A stretch of DNA of 64,000 nt from Thecamonas trahens ATCC 50062 (GCF_000142905.1 NW_013657669.1:434001-498000), one strand, 5' to 3'; counted from the first letter of the stretch, positions 46,051 through 57,423 are shown. Program-made: numbers and translations. The notes: a model not told the origin generated them from the letters alone.

Positions 46051-46417
46051 CCAGCTCTCTGACGAAGGCCACCTGCAACACTTGTTCCTTCACCCACTTG
46101 ACCCCCCCCCCCCCCCCCCCCACCCACGGTGACCACGAGGAGTTAAGTGGAATCTCTGATCTACATACCAGGAGCAGAGGCAAGCCACGACGATTCTGTT
46201 CAACGGCAGAGAGCATAGGCGGGAAGACTCGCAGGTGGGAGAATCCCGATAAATGAACTCACAGGACCACGGGGGCGGCTGAGCTGCCCTCCGCACTGCC
46301 CGATCCCGCCCGCCCCAGAACTCGCACCAGCGCCGAAAAGACGGGGGGCGAGGGGAGCAATATGACTGACCAAAGCAGCGCAAACAGTCCCCGTCTGAAG
46401 CTCTGAGACACTCTTAT

Positions 46418-46517
46418 NNNNNNNNNNNNNNNNNNNNNNNNNNNNNNNNNNNNNNNNNNNNNNNNNNNNNNNNNNNNNNNNNNNNNNNNNNNNNNNNNNN
46501 NNNNNNNNNNNNNNNNN
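46418..46517. other. Assembly gap (100 N)
   Basis: N run. Confidence 1.
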
Positions 46518-46537
46518 CCCCCCCCCCCCCAGCCTCC

Positions 46538-47536
46538 ATGCCCACAAGAGGCAGCCACCTCATAAGACTCCTGCTAGGCACCACCGGTGCGGCGGTGCGG
46601 CTGCTCAGCCCGTCGGCGGCGTCGTCGGCCGCAGCGTCGGCCTCGCGCAAGGCTCTGGTCGCTGGCATGGCCGTCCTCGCAGCCAAGGCCGTGGCGGTTG
46701 CCTGCGTCCACGATGCAGGCCGCGCCGGACGTGACGGTGGCGGCGGCGGTGGAGACGCACTCGCTGAGGATGATAGAGTCCGTGATTCGCTCTGGTACCG
46801 CTTTGTCCGCCTCCTCTACCCTCGCATGGACCGCGCCCTCGCCCAAAGGCAGACGGTGGCCCTCGCCGGATCGTATCTGGCGGGCCTCTACCTCTTGCTG
46901 TGGATCTTTGTCTATGTCTACGCTGCCGGCTCAAACGCTGTCCTCCGCGGCTCGGTCCATCCGGCGCTCCTTCTGGGTCGCGTCGGCTCTACAGCTGGCT
47001 CGCGCTGGACCTCGCTGTGGCGCGGCGGCTGGGCTAGCGTCCGCACCCTCTGGCTCGGCGTCATCCCTGCCATGTGGCTCGCGCTGGTGGCCGCCGAGGA
47101 GAGCCTCATCGCCCGGATGATGTACGGCTACCAAGACGTGCATCTTGTCCCCGCCTCGCGCGCTGCTTGCGACGAGAGCGCCGAGTGCCCAATCTGCCAG
47201 GGTGTGGCTGACGCCGACGTCGGAAAGGTGCTGTACACGTTCTGCGACGTGCCGAGCCATGGCTTCCACTACGAGTGCCTCAACCGCTGGTTCGAGTCCG
47301 GCTCGCCGGCTGCAAGCCGTTGCCCTCTCTGCCGCGGCGGCCTGCGGGTCCTAGGCGTCCACGTCGACTCGTTCGCCTCGCTCCTCGCCCTCCCGCGCTA
47401 CGTCTACGGTCTCGCCGCCCGCGCTGGTCTGACCGCCGCCGGCCTGACTGCCGCCGGTCTCGGTGCCTCGCTCCAGGAGCTGGCTGCTGACTCGGCACTC
47501 CGCAACGTCCGCCTCGGCGCGTGGTTTCCGGCGTAG
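46538..47536 (+). CDS. Membrane RING-H2 E3 ligase
   Basis: Hydrophobic segments and CPIC..C....HGFHYECLNRW..CPLCR; the 5' end abuts the gap. Confidence 0.75.
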   Translation: MPTRGSHLIRLLLGTTGAAVRLLSPSAASSAAASASRKALVAGMAVLAAKAVAVACVHDAGRAGRDGGGGGGDALAEDDRVRDSLWYRFVRLLYPRMDRALAQRQTVALAGSYLAGLYLLLWIFVYVYAAGSNAVLRGSVHPALLLGRVGSTAGSRWTSLWRGGWASVRTLWLGVIPAMWLALVAAEESLIARMMYGYQDVHLVPASRAACDESAECPICQGVADADVGKVLYTFCDVPSHGFHYECLNRWFESGSPAASRCPLCRGGLRVLGVHVDSFASLLALPRYVYGLAARAGLTAAGLTAAGLGASLQELAADSALRNVRLGAWFPA

Positions 47537-47548
47537 CATTGCCGCTCC

Positions 47549-50065
47549 TCACGCCGTCTGCCAGAACCCCGCCCGCCACTTGGCTGCGTGCCGCGCCGCC
47601 GTGGCCGCCCGCTCGCGGCGCGCCTTCTTGGCTGCCGCCTTCTTGACTGCCGCCGCCCGCGCTCGGCGCGCCCTTGGCGACGAGCCTGGCACCAGCGGCG
47701 GAAGCGGGAGCGGCGTCGGCACCTTGCGGGCCTGATTCAGCCGTGGTAGCGACCGCGGCGCCGGCCGTGCCGGCGCCCGACCCCGCCGTCGTCTCCGGGC
47801 GCTGCGGCGACCAGAGCCGGGCGGGCCAGGCGGCGCGAGCAGTCGCGCAGCCACTTGCGCCGGCAGCCTTGGCCCATCGGCCGCACCGGCGACGGTCGCG
47901 GCCTCGTGCAGGATGCGCGCCTCTCGCGCGAGCATTGTGTATCGCATTCGCTGCTGTGCTGCTCGGCGTGCGGTTGCCTCTTCAGACTCGTTCTCCGCCG
48001 CATAGTCGGCTAGCCGGCTCCGGAGCCGGGCTACCTTGAGGTATGCTCGCTGCTGCCTTGCGCAGAGCGAGACAAACGCTGCCTCACGCTGCTTGGCAGT
48101 CAGCGCCGCGTCGGCCCGCTGGATCTTGGCTTGTAGCACGGTTGTCCGCTGCAGCTTGATCGACTCCATCCGCAGCAGCCGCTCGACTTGCTCGCGAGCC
48201 ACCGCCTCAAAGTGGCGCTGCGGCCGGCCTAACCGATCGGTCTCGGCGAGCTTGGAGGCAAGCAGCGCTGAAAAAGCCTCAATCTGCTCGTCGACCCGCC
48301 CGGCCTTCACTGCAGGCAGTTCGACCGACGAGAGTACCAGGAACGCGTCGGCGTCGTAAATGTCGGCCGTGAGCGCATCCTGCGCCCGCGCAAGGTACTT
48401 GCGGAAACACCGCTGGATGGTGGCAGCCGCAGTGTGCGCAATCGGCGAGCCGTGGAGCGACGCAAGGTGTTTGGTGTCCGACAGCTCTCCGCCGCCTTGG
48501 ACTTGGCCCTCGGTCGCCGCCCGCGCCGTTGCCGCCATCAGCAGCCCGTTTTCGCGCGGTGTCTCGGCTGCGTCGACAGAATCAAGCGGCGCAAGCCGGT
48601 AGAGACTCGGATCGTCGTGAAAAACGGCCGATGGGAGGACTGGCACCAGGTAGCCGGCGGTAAGGAGCTGGCAGGCGAGCGTGCTTGCGTGGAAGCGACT
48701 GCTCGCAAACCGCGCCGTTGTCAGCCACGACGCAAGGTGTGCACCGCGAACAGTGTCATGGTGCAACCGCTTGGCGTAGTGATGCGGCGCAGGGCGGAAT
48801 ACGCGCGCGATTTCGGTTGCTAGGTTGCGGAGCTCTAGCGCAGCGAGCGGAGGCATGCTGACTCGCTTGCGCGCCAGAGGGCGCCACCACTCGCGCGGGT
48901 TAACGCTGTACACGCCGTCGTCGACAAAGACAGGCTTGTCAAAGACATGCCGCAGCACGTTCATAGCCATCAAGTTCTGCGCAACAGCATACACAAGCGT
49001 TGCCACCAGTGGCTCGACCGCCCGCGCTGGGACTGCCTCGCTCGGCCACAGCCCCATCGGCGTCATCTGCAGACGCAGGTAGTCGAACGGGCTCGACTCG
49101 CGGTGGGTAGTCCCGCCGCTGCCGGCCAGCGTCGCCACTGCTGCTGCCGCCCGCGTTAGCAGCGCCACCACGTCGCTGCCGCGTACTACCTGGTCCATCC
49201 GCCGGAACGCCACCGTGATTGCCTTGCGCGGCAGCGCGTCGACCAGCGTGTCCGCAAACGTGAGCGAGAGCGCCGACGCCGACACACTCTGAGTGTACAC
49301 CACTCCGGGGTGGGTCGGGGACGGAAGCGCTGCCTGGAGCATGGCCCGTGGCACCAGATCGGGCCCGCTAGTGTTGGGAAAGTACAGATCGCCGTGCGCA
49401 TTCCTCAGCGGGACACACAACCGCTCCGACTCGAGTGGGATCAGGGCGCTATAGACAACCAGTAGATGAGCCATCGCCGCCACCCAGAGCGACTCCTCAA
49501 CGGCAAGATCTTCCGAGTCTGATGCCGGACTAGCCCCCGCCGGCAGGACCGCAGCCTCGCGCGCACTTGCCGCCAGATCCGACACCGAGATGTGCCACGC
49601 GTCGTCGTTTGCATGCAGGTGCGAGATGGCTGCAGCGGGACACTCATGAGCGTGGCGCGGCGTGCTAGCGTGTGCCACCGTCGGATCAGTGCTCCGCAGC
49701 CAGGCGAGCACGTCTGCCGCCGACCACACGCCCGAGTGTGATCCGTAGACGTTGGTGAGGGTCACGGTGGGGAGCTCGGCGAGCATGATAGCAAACAAGC
49801 TCCGCATGTTCCCGACCGTCACCATCGGATGCTGCGGCGGGTTCAGCACCCGATCCCCAGCCTCCTCCTTATCTCCGCCACCCGCAGCGGCCTTCCCGGA
49901 CACGACACCATCGGCACCTGCTCCTTCTCGTCGTCGATGTCGTCGTCGTCGTCGTCGTTGGTGTTGCTCCTGCTGCACAGGACTCGGTCTGAATGGTGGG
50001 TGCGGCTGCTGCCCACTGGTCTCTGTCTTGACCAGCTGGCGCGTGAGGCGGCGAAACAGTCCCAT
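47549..50065 (-). CDS. Multi-DEP-domain + IQ motif + coiled-coil protein
   Basis: DEP-like VRGAHLASWL..ASTLACQLLTAGYL..VFHDDPSLYRL plus two weaker copies (WSAADVLAWL, VRGSDVVALL); IQ AAATIQRCFRKYLAR. First ATG at 50065. Confidence 0.7.
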   Translation of the reverse strand: MGLFRRLTRQLVKTETSGQQPHPPFRPSPVQQEQHQRRRRRRHRRREGAGADGVVSGKAAAGGGDKEEAGDRVLNPPQHPMVTVGNMRSLFAIMLAELPTVTLTNVYGSHSGVWSAADVLAWLRSTDPTVAHASTPRHAHECPAAAISHLHANDDAWHISVSDLAASAREAAVLPAGASPASDSEDLAVEESLWVAAMAHLLVVYSALIPLESERLCVPLRNAHGDLYFPNTSGPDLVPRAMLQAALPSPTHPGVVYTQSVSASALSLTFADTLVDALPRKAITVAFRRMDQVVRGSDVVALLTRAAAAVATLAGSGGTTHRESSPFDYLRLQMTPMGLWPSEAVPARAVEPLVATLVYAVAQNLMAMNVLRHVFDKPVFVDDGVYSVNPREWWRPLARKRVSMPPLAALELRNLATEIARVFRPAPHHYAKRLHHDTVRGAHLASWLTTARFASSRFHASTLACQLLTAGYLVPVLPSAVFHDDPSLYRLAPLDSVDAAETPRENGLLMAATARAATEGQVQGGGELSDTKHLASLHGSPIAHTAAATIQRCFRKYLARAQDALTADIYDADAFLVLSSVELPAVKAGRVDEQIEAFSALLASKLAETDRLGRPQRHFEAVAREQVERLLRMESIKLQRTTVLQAKIQRADAALTAKQREAAFVSLCARQQRAYLKVARLRSRLADYAAENESEEATARRAAQQRMRYTMLAREARILHEAATVAGAADGPRLPAQVAARLLAPPGPPGSGRRSARRRRRGRAPARPAPRSLPRLNQARKVPTPLPLPPLVPGSSPRARRARAAAVKKAAAKKARRERAATAARHAAKWRAGFWQTA

Positions 50066-50435
50066 GCCACGGCTGCTGGCGGTGGAGGGGGGTGGAGGGG
50101 GTGCAGAGGGTGGGGTGTGGTGGCCGTTCACGGGTGGTGATCGATCAGCTGGTGATCGATCTGACGCACCGGGGGGGGGAAGGGGGGGGGGGGGGGGGGG
50201 GGGTTGAGTGGGGCATGGGCCGCATGAGGCTGCTCTGAGTGTTGTTTGCCGCTTGATCCGTGCTGAACAAACCGGTTTGGTGGCAAACAGATGATCCGTG
50301 GTATGGTGGGGTTTCTGTTGCGATCGGGCTCAGATTCGGTTTCGGTTTGGTAGGTCGCGGCTTCGTGAAGGCAAGCCAGCCAGGCGACGGCATACTTGAC
50401 TTGAAGCACCTCGAGCAGTACCAAGACCGACATCG

Positions 50436-51143
50436 ATGAGCGTGGTGGAGAGCCTGCAAGCAGACCTTGCCGAGCTGGAACGGCTGCTCCGACAGAGCGA
50501 GCGGATGGCGGTCCGCGACGTGCTGGAGAGGGAGATGGGGTTGGTTCGCGAGCGGCTGGCGCAGGAGATGGCAGCCTCGGCCGCCGCCAGCGATATCGCC
50601 AACGATGCCGAGGCGGCCCAGAGTGTGCCGATGGAGGTGGCCGATGACGGCGACGCTGTCGTGTGGGAGGCGGTGAACAAGCTGGCGTGGGATCAGGGCG
50701 GGAAGAACGTGACCGTGTACTTGTCCGGCCTTGATGGCCTCGACGAGGTGAGCGAGGAGCAGATCGAGGCCAAGTTCCGGCGCGATGAGGTTGACGTGCG
50801 GGTGTTGGGCCTTGCCGGTGGCCAGCGGCATGTTCGGCTCCGGTTCACTCCAGCCGAGGAGATCACTCCGTCAAAGTGCGCCGTCAAGCGCAAGGCGGGC
50901 GGCAAGATGCGGATTGTCCTCCGCAAGAGCGAGACCAAGCACTGGGTCTCGCTCAAGGCCAAGAGCTCGGGCCTGGGCTCGCTCAAGCCCGGCAAGGCCG
51001 ACGCCGGCGAAGATCCGAGCGCCGCCATCATGAACATGATGCGCAAGATGTACGACGAGGGCGACGACACTATGAAGCAGGCGATCGGCAAGGCGTGGAC
51101 CGAGGCGCGGGCCAAGCAGGGCGCCGGTCCGGCGGTTGAGTAA
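50436..51143 (+). CDS. CACYBP: Calcyclin-binding protein / Siah-interacting protein
   Basis: N-terminal helical hairpin (DLAELERLL), CS domain (AWDQ..VTVYL), SGS domain DPSAAIMNMMRKMYDEGDDTMKQAIGKAW. Confidence 0.9.
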   Translation: MSVVESLQADLAELERLLRQSERMAVRDVLEREMGLVRERLAQEMAASAAASDIANDAEAAQSVPMEVADDGDAVVWEAVNKLAWDQGGKNVTVYLSGLDGLDEVSEEQIEAKFRRDEVDVRVLGLAGGQRHVRLRFTPAEEITPSKCAVKRKAGGKMRIVLRKSETKHWVSLKAKSSGLGSLKPGKADAGEDPSAAIMNMMRKMYDEGDDTMKQAIGKAWTEARAKQGAGPAVE

Positions 51144-51202
51144 AGTCCGAGCCACATGCTTCGTTTATGACACACAGGCAGGTAGATGCACAGGCATGGG
51201 TA

Positions 51203-52114
51203 TCAGCGCTTGACCCACTGCGGGGCTCTGCGGGCCTTGCGGAGGCCGGCAAGCTTGCGCTCGACCATGCGCGGGTCACGGGTCATCATGCCGGCGGCCT
51301 TGAGCGGCTTGCGGAACGCGGGGTCGACAATCTCGAGAGCGCGGCAGATGCCGAGGCGAAGGGCGCCGGCCTGGCCGGTGTGGCCACCGCCCTTGACGGT
51401 GGCGCGGATCTTGAAGGCTCCCAGCTTGCCCAGCAGCCTCAGCGGCTCGATGACGTGGTTGCGGTGATGCATGGCCGGAAAGTAGTCGGCCAGCGGCTTC
51501 GAGTTGACCACCAGCACGTCTGCAGGCTGCGGGGCGGCCGGATGGGCAACAGGCTCGACCCAAACCCGGGCGATCGAGGTCTTGCGACGACCGGTCCCGT
51601 ACGCCCGGCCGAGCGCATCGAGCGTCTTGGCCTTGCGCCGCTCCAGCTGCTCCGACTCGTGGGCAGTCATCTCTGTGGCCTTCTTGGCGTTGGCCGCCAG
51701 CACATGCTCCTGCCACAGATCATCCAGCGGGGGCAGCTCCGGCTCGAGAGCCCCGAGCGGATCAGACAAGTCGTAGCTCGGCAGCGGGGCGTGCGGCAAG
51801 TCGTCCGAGCCGAGGACGTCAATGACTTGGGCAAGGTCGTCAGCCCCAACCTCATCAGCCCCAACCTCATCAGCCTTGCTCTCCTCGCCCGACGTAGAGT
51901 ATGCCATAACAGGCATGGTGTTGTTCATAGACAACGCACCCGCAGCAGAAGCGGCAGAAGCAGTCGCTGTAGCCGTCCGGACCAGCCGAAGACTGGTGGT
52001 AGCGGACTGCGGAGAGGGTGGATGGGGGGGGAGTGAGTCGGGCGGGTCAGCGGGGTGGGAGAGGGGGGGGGGAATGGGGGAAAGGAGGAGGAGCGGTACA
52101 CGTACGCGTAGCAT
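51203..52114 (-). CDS. MRPS9: Mitochondrial ribosomal protein uS9m; in-frame intron 52105-52007
   Basis: GTGRRKTSIARV, GGGHTGQAGALRLGICRAL, TRDPRMVERK..ARRAPQWVKR; presequence-like MLR|SATTSLRLVR. Confidence 0.93.
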   Translation of the reverse strand: MLRVRVPLLLLSPIPPPLSHPADPPDSLPPHPPSPQSATTSLRLVRTATATASAASAAGALSMNNTMPVMAYSTSGEESKADEVGADEVGADDLAQVIDVLGSDDLPHAPLPSYDLSDPLGALEPELPPLDDLWQEHVLAANAKKATEMTAHESEQLERRKAKTLDALGRAYGTGRRKTSIARVWVEPVAHPAAPQPADVLVVNSKPLADYFPAMHHRNHVIEPLRLLGKLGAFKIRATVKGGGHTGQAGALRLGICRALEIVDPAFRKPLKAAGMMTRDPRMVERKLAGLRKARRAPQWVKR

Positions 52115-52276
52115 GTGGTGTATGATGTGGTGGGGGTGAGGAGGGGGAGTGAGGGGTGGGGGTGGTGGCTGTGGTGCGGGTGGAGTGTGGTGACTGCTGT
52201 TGGCTGGGTGGTGGCCGTGGGGCGGGGGCGGGGGGACGGGGGCGAGACGCGTTGGGAGGGCGGAGGGGGGAGGGGG

Positions 52277-52376
<100 letters not shown>

Positions 52377-52754
52377 NNNNNNNNNNNNNNNNNNNNNNNN
52401 NNNNNNNNNNNNNNNNNNNNNNNNNNNNNNNNNNNNNNNNNNNNNNNNNNNNNNNNNNNNNNNNNNNNNNNNNNNNNNNNNNNNNNNNNNNNNNNNNNNN
52501 NNNNNNNNNNNNNNNNNNNNNNNNNNNNNNNNNNNNNNNNNNNNNNNNNNNNNNNNNNNNNNNNNNNNNNNNNNNNNNNNNNNNNNNNNNNNNNNNNNNN
52601 NNNNNNNNNNNNNNNNNNNNNNNNNNNNNNNNNNNNNNNNNNNNNNNNNNNNNNNNNNNNNNNNNNNNNNNNNNNNNNNNNNNNNNNNNNNNNNNNNNNN
52701 NNNNNNNNNNNNNNNNNNNNNNNNNNNNNNNNNNNNNNNNNNNNNNNNNNNNNN
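52377..52754. other. Assembly gap
   Basis: N run. Confidence 1.
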
Positions 52755-53145
52755 GACCCCTACCCTACTAGTCGTGTCCCCCGACCCCTACGTGCCCCCT
52801 CCCCCCCCCCCCTCCCCCCGGCTTGCGCCTCCCCCCCTCCCCGCTGCCCGCCCACCTATCACCAACGGAATCGTCATCGATCATCATCGCTGTGATGCCT
52901 CACATGATCTAAATCTCCTCTCCATCCCCCCCCCCTCCTTCCCCCCTTCCTCCCGGTCCTCCTGGTCCTCCCGGTCCTCCCCCTCTCAAGTCCGTCGTCG
53001 CACCACCGCCACCTGTTCCGCGCGCCTTCACCCCCCCCCTCACCCCCTCACCCCCCCCCTCCCCTATTGCCCACGGTACCCACACCTCACCCACACTCGC
53101 CACACCCACAACTACCACACATTACACACGTTCTGGACCAAGAGC

Positions 53146-53739
53146 ATGTCGTCGCGACGGAGCTCGAACGCGTCGGGCAAGTCGGGCAAGTCGGGCAGGT
53201 CGGGCTTGCTCTCGCCGTCGGTAGTGGGCGGAGCAAGCGGGATGGGATCGAGGAGTTCTTTCGGAGGAAGCCAGTCGGCTGCATCGTCGTTGGCGATGGC
53301 TCTGACGGACGATCAGCTGGCACAGTTTGAAGACGCGTTCTCACTCATGGCCGACGCAAAGTCCAACGTCATCACCCACGATGGCTTGGCCTCGGTCTTT
53401 GACATGCTCGGCCTCGGCGCCAATGATGACGACATCGAGAACATGCTCAACGAGGTGGAGCCGTCAGGCTCGCAGCAACTCTCTTTTGATCAGTTCCTCA
53501 CAATCATGTCCCGCTCGCTCGAGGACAAGAGCTCTGACGACATCCTCTACGCCTCCTTCCAGGTCTTTGACGTCGACGACTCGGGCACCATCAACCTCCA
53601 AGAGTTCCGTGGAGTGCTGGAGATGCTCGGCCAGCAGCTGACCGATGAAGAGTACATCCAGATCATCCGTGGCGCTGACACCGATGCCGACGGCACCATC
53701 GACTTTGAAGAGTACAAGCAGATGCTGAGTCAGGGCTGA
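53146..53739 (+). CDS. Calmodulin/centrin-like EF-hand protein with Ser/Gly-rich N-terminal extension
   Basis: LTDDQLAQFEDAF; N-lobe loops degenerate; C-lobe loops DVDDSGTINLQEF and DTDADGTIDFEEY canonical. Confidence 0.9.
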   Translation: MSSRRSSNASGKSGKSGRSGLLSPSVVGGASGMGSRSSFGGSQSAASSLAMALTDDQLAQFEDAFSLMADAKSNVITHDGLASVFDMLGLGANDDDIENMLNEVEPSGSQQLSFDQFLTIMSRSLEDKSSDDILYASFQVFDVDDSGTINLQEFRGVLEMLGQQLTDEEYIQIIRGADTDADGTIDFEEYKQMLSQG

Positions 53740-54186
53740 TCCGTCTCCTCGATCTCTCTCGCCCTCCTGTCCCCGCATGTGAACTCCAGCTGTTGCTGTC
53801 CGGCAGCCTGGAATCCATCAGATGGTTGAGTCTTTGCTCCCGTCCCAAGCGCCGCACTAGCTGTATCCGCCATGCCTGGTCCGCCGCCCAATGAGTCCAT
53901 CTTCCTTCCCACGCCACCACCCTGCCACGCCACCACCCCGCCACGCCACCACCACGCCACGCCACTAACCCACCGATCCTCTCCCCGCTAACCGATCTCC
54001 CCTCTTCACTAAAGTCCGTACCTCACACGCCACCGGGTTGCCATCCCGTCCGCCTATCGCCTCTCGCCTCTCGCCTCTCGCCTGTCGCCTGTCGCCTGCC
54101 CCCCCCTCCCCCCCCTCCTCCTCCTCCACCACCTCGCTCCCACTCGCACAACACCTCACTCCACCCTCACCCCCCACCGCCCCTCC

Positions 54187-55905
54187 ATGCCACCCACCAT
54201 ACAGACCCTCCTCCGGGTCATCCTCTTTGCTGCTGTCTCTGTGGCTGCTTACATGGCCATGAGCCAGACGGCGTCGTCAACGTCACCCACCAACCCTCCA
54301 TCGCATCATCCGTCGCCCATGTCACACGCAAGACCTCATCCCATCCCGCCACCGGCACCCCCGCCACCATCGCCGCCATCGCCGCCATCCCCGCCATCCC
54401 CGCCATCGCCGCCATCGCCACCTCCTTTTCCGCCTCCGATCCACAACTACGTCGACGAGTTCAAGCTGCGGTTCCCTGCCGAGACCGAGGTATGGTCTCC
54501 GTCGTGGCGAGAGGTGCCTGCTCGGGCCATGGACGGCGGTCTGGCGGGTGATGATCATCGGGTGGAGGTGTGCATGCTGAATGAGTCGTGGACACACTGG
54601 CCGAGGTCGGCGCCCGAGCTGACTCGGCTGCCGGCGTGGTGCCGTGGTGGCTATTCCGATCCGGATCATCCCATGTGCTACTACATGCAGGGCTACGACG
54701 ACATCTGCGCTCCCAGCTGGGTCATCATCGGTACGCTCAAGTCAGGCTCGACCTCGATGTACTCGTACCTGACCAAGCACCCGCAGGTTGAAGTCCGCGG
54801 GCCGATGCACGATAAGGCCAACGACGAGAGTGAGAACAAGGGCGCTCGCGGCGGCGGCGGCGGTCGCAAGGTCAAGCCGGTCAAGTTCAAAGAGGTCGGC
54901 TACTTTAGCCGGCCAGTCCTCAAGCCGCGGCACAAGCAGTACCTCTCGTTCTTTCCACGCATTTCGCCCACTGATGGGCGCTGCACCGGGGAGGGCACCG
55001 TCGGCTACTTTGCCGCGCCATGGGCGCCATACAACCTGCGCCGGCTGCTGCCCAATGCCAAGCTCATTCTCCTCCTCCGCAACCCGATCGACCGCTCGTA
55101 CTCGCGCATCCACCACATTTTCCAGCTTTTCATGTCGCGAAAGACCCCAGAGCCGCGCAAGCCGGACGACGACAGCCCGCCGCCGCCGCCGCCAGCCTCG
55201 CCCATGTACGGCTTTGTCAAGGACAAGGCCGCGTTCATCGACGCCGCCACCTCAGTCGTCTTTGACATGGTTGCCAACGCCACCATGACCATCGTTCAGG
55301 ACTGCCTTGCCGATGCCGCTCACCTCTCGTACTTTCACCTACGCGAGTGCTGGATGCACAAGCATGGCAGTGCGATGGGCGAGGTGACGTCCGCGCTCAT
55401 CGAGCGGGTTAAGAAGGCTCAGGACCGCGAGGCCGGGCCCGAGGTCGAGCGGCCGATCACCCGCGCCGCCGTAGCCGACGCCATCGCCCGCGGCACGCCT
55501 ATGCTCGAGGCCATCCTGCCGGCCATCAACAATGCGTTCAACGTCAAGACGCTCCAGCACTCGGTCTACTATCCGCAGCTCACCCATTGGCTCAAGGCCT
55601 TTCCCCGCCACCAACTGCTTGTCCTCCGCTCCGAGGCCTTCTATGCAGACACGTTCGCTACCATGGACCGTGTCACCGCCTTCCTCGGCCTCACACCGGT
55701 TGACTGGTCGCAGCTCATCTCGGGCGTCAAGTTCAACGTCCTCCGCGACGACTCGGGCATTATCACACTGGTGCAAGAGCCGGCAAAGGCCTCTTCATAC
55801 AACGTCACGGCAAGCGTGCGCCAGCGGCTCGCCAATTTCTTTCGTCCGTACAACGCCATGCTCGCCGAACTGGTCGGCGACCCGGCCATGGCCGAGTGGG
55901 AGTAG
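54187..55905 (+). CDS. Type II membrane PAPS sulfotransferase, HS 3-O-/N-sulfotransferase-like
   Basis: N-terminal TM, Pro-rich stem, 5'PSB IIGTLKSGSTSM..HPQ, KEVGYF, 3'PB LLRNPIDRSYS, L..FFRPYN..L. Confidence 0.88.
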   Translation: MPPTIQTLLRVILFAAVSVAAYMAMSQTASSTSPTNPPSHHPSPMSHARPHPIPPPAPPPPSPPSPPSPPSPPSPPSPPPFPPPIHNYVDEFKLRFPAETEVWSPSWREVPARAMDGGLAGDDHRVEVCMLNESWTHWPRSAPELTRLPAWCRGGYSDPDHPMCYYMQGYDDICAPSWVIIGTLKSGSTSMYSYLTKHPQVEVRGPMHDKANDESENKGARGGGGGRKVKPVKFKEVGYFSRPVLKPRHKQYLSFFPRISPTDGRCTGEGTVGYFAAPWAPYNLRRLLPNAKLILLLRNPIDRSYSRIHHIFQLFMSRKTPEPRKPDDDSPPPPPPASPMYGFVKDKAAFIDAATSVVFDMVANATMTIVQDCLADAAHLSYFHLRECWMHKHGSAMGEVTSALIERVKKAQDREAGPEVERPITRAAVADAIARGTPMLEAILPAINNAFNVKTLQHSVYYPQLTHWLKAFPRHQLLVLRSEAFYADTFATMDRVTAFLGLTPVDWSQLISGVKFNVLRDDSGIITLVQEPAKASSYNVTASVRQRLANFFRPYNAMLAELVGDPAMAEWE

Positions 55906-55926
55906 CCACAGAAGCAAGGTCATGTC

Positions 55927-57423
55927 TCACGCAATGACAGCCTTGACGTACGAGTCACTGCGGATGAGGATGCCCCGCCGCTCGAGCTTGGTCACGTCGC
56001 TTGCCACAAGCAAGTCGTACAGCGAGTTGTCGAGGAGCACGTCGCCGACCTGGGCGCACTCCTCACCAAGATACCCGGCGGCGTCGGCGGCGGCGCCCAC
56101 AGCATCACCCTCGGCTGCGAGCCGGAGAAACTGGCCGTGGGCCATGCCGATGCCGAGCCGGATCTTGTCATGAGTGGCTGTCTGACGCGCGTTGTACTCT
56201 TGCAGCGTGTCCATCATGTCGAGACAGGCGGCGACAGCGGCGTGTGGCGAGAAAAGACCGCCTTGAAATCGTCGCCTTGAGTCTGCAGGATGTCGCCGCC
56301 GTGCCGCCCAAAGATCGGTCGGAGTAGCGCCTGCATCTTGTAGATGAGCGAGAGAAAGTGGACAATGCCATGCGCCTTGACCGTTGCGGTAAAGCCCGAC
56401 ATGTCCGAGACAAACACCACTCCAGTCTCTTCGTACAGCTCGTGGACGTCGGACCGGATCTCGGCACGAGTCGCAGCCTCGCTACTCGCTAGATACGCAC
56501 GGCACATGCTGCGAATCTCCGAGACCGGGCGGTTGTCGCCACTCTTGCTCTCGCCACGCGCTGCAGCCTTTGGCGCGCGCATGGCACCGATGCGCTCGGC
56601 CGACGCCTCCCAGTCGACCACGTGGTACTTGATCTTGACCTTGGAGACCTTGGTCGACTTGGCATGGGTGTGGGTCTTGAGTAGCAATTGTGGGACGACT
56701 GCGGCTGTCACGTCGGCACTCAGCAGAAGCGAGCCGTCCGAGCCCAGCTCCTCAGCGAGCTTGGAGGCCACGTTGACAGCATCGCCGTAGATGTCCGAGG
56801 GGAGAACGAGGCACTTGCCGCAAGTGATGCCCAAGCTCACAGCAATGCAATCTTCGCCAAGCTCAAGCCGCGCGTTGCGCTCGCGGATGTGTGCCATGGC
56901 GCGGACCGCAAACGACACCGCGCCCGCCGGGTGCTGGAAGGCCACAAAGACGAGACCAGCCTCAGCCTTGATCACCCGCCCGCCGTGCGCTGTAGCGGTC
57001 GCCGCCATCAGCTCGCGCATGGCAAAGACCAGCGCAAGCGCATGAACCGGGCCATGCGCCCGATTGATTTCTGCGAGACCGACCATGCGAACAAGGACCA
57101 CCGCAACCTGGCTCTCGTGTTGCTTGGCAATGGTCTCCTCAACCCGCCGAACGCCGCTGCTATCACCGCGAGCAAGCGCCTCCAGCCGCCGCAAGCACAA
57201 CGCCTCCAGCTCGCCCTCCTCATCCTTCTCCACCTCGGGCATAGCGCCATTCCCATCCACAGCCCAGTACATGCCATCCGGTCCACGACGGACCAGCGGC
57301 GGCGGCGACTCTGCCGAGCTGAGGTGATGACCCAGCCAATCCTGATCCCCATCACCACCGCGGTTGCCATCGACAGGGGCATGACCATGGTTGTCCCCAT
57401 GGTCTTTCCCATCGTCACCGTCA

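Noticed and set aside
46158-46172. CTACATACCAGG resembling a U1 snRNA 5' end
   Set aside because: No U1 loop I/II motifs or Sm site follow.
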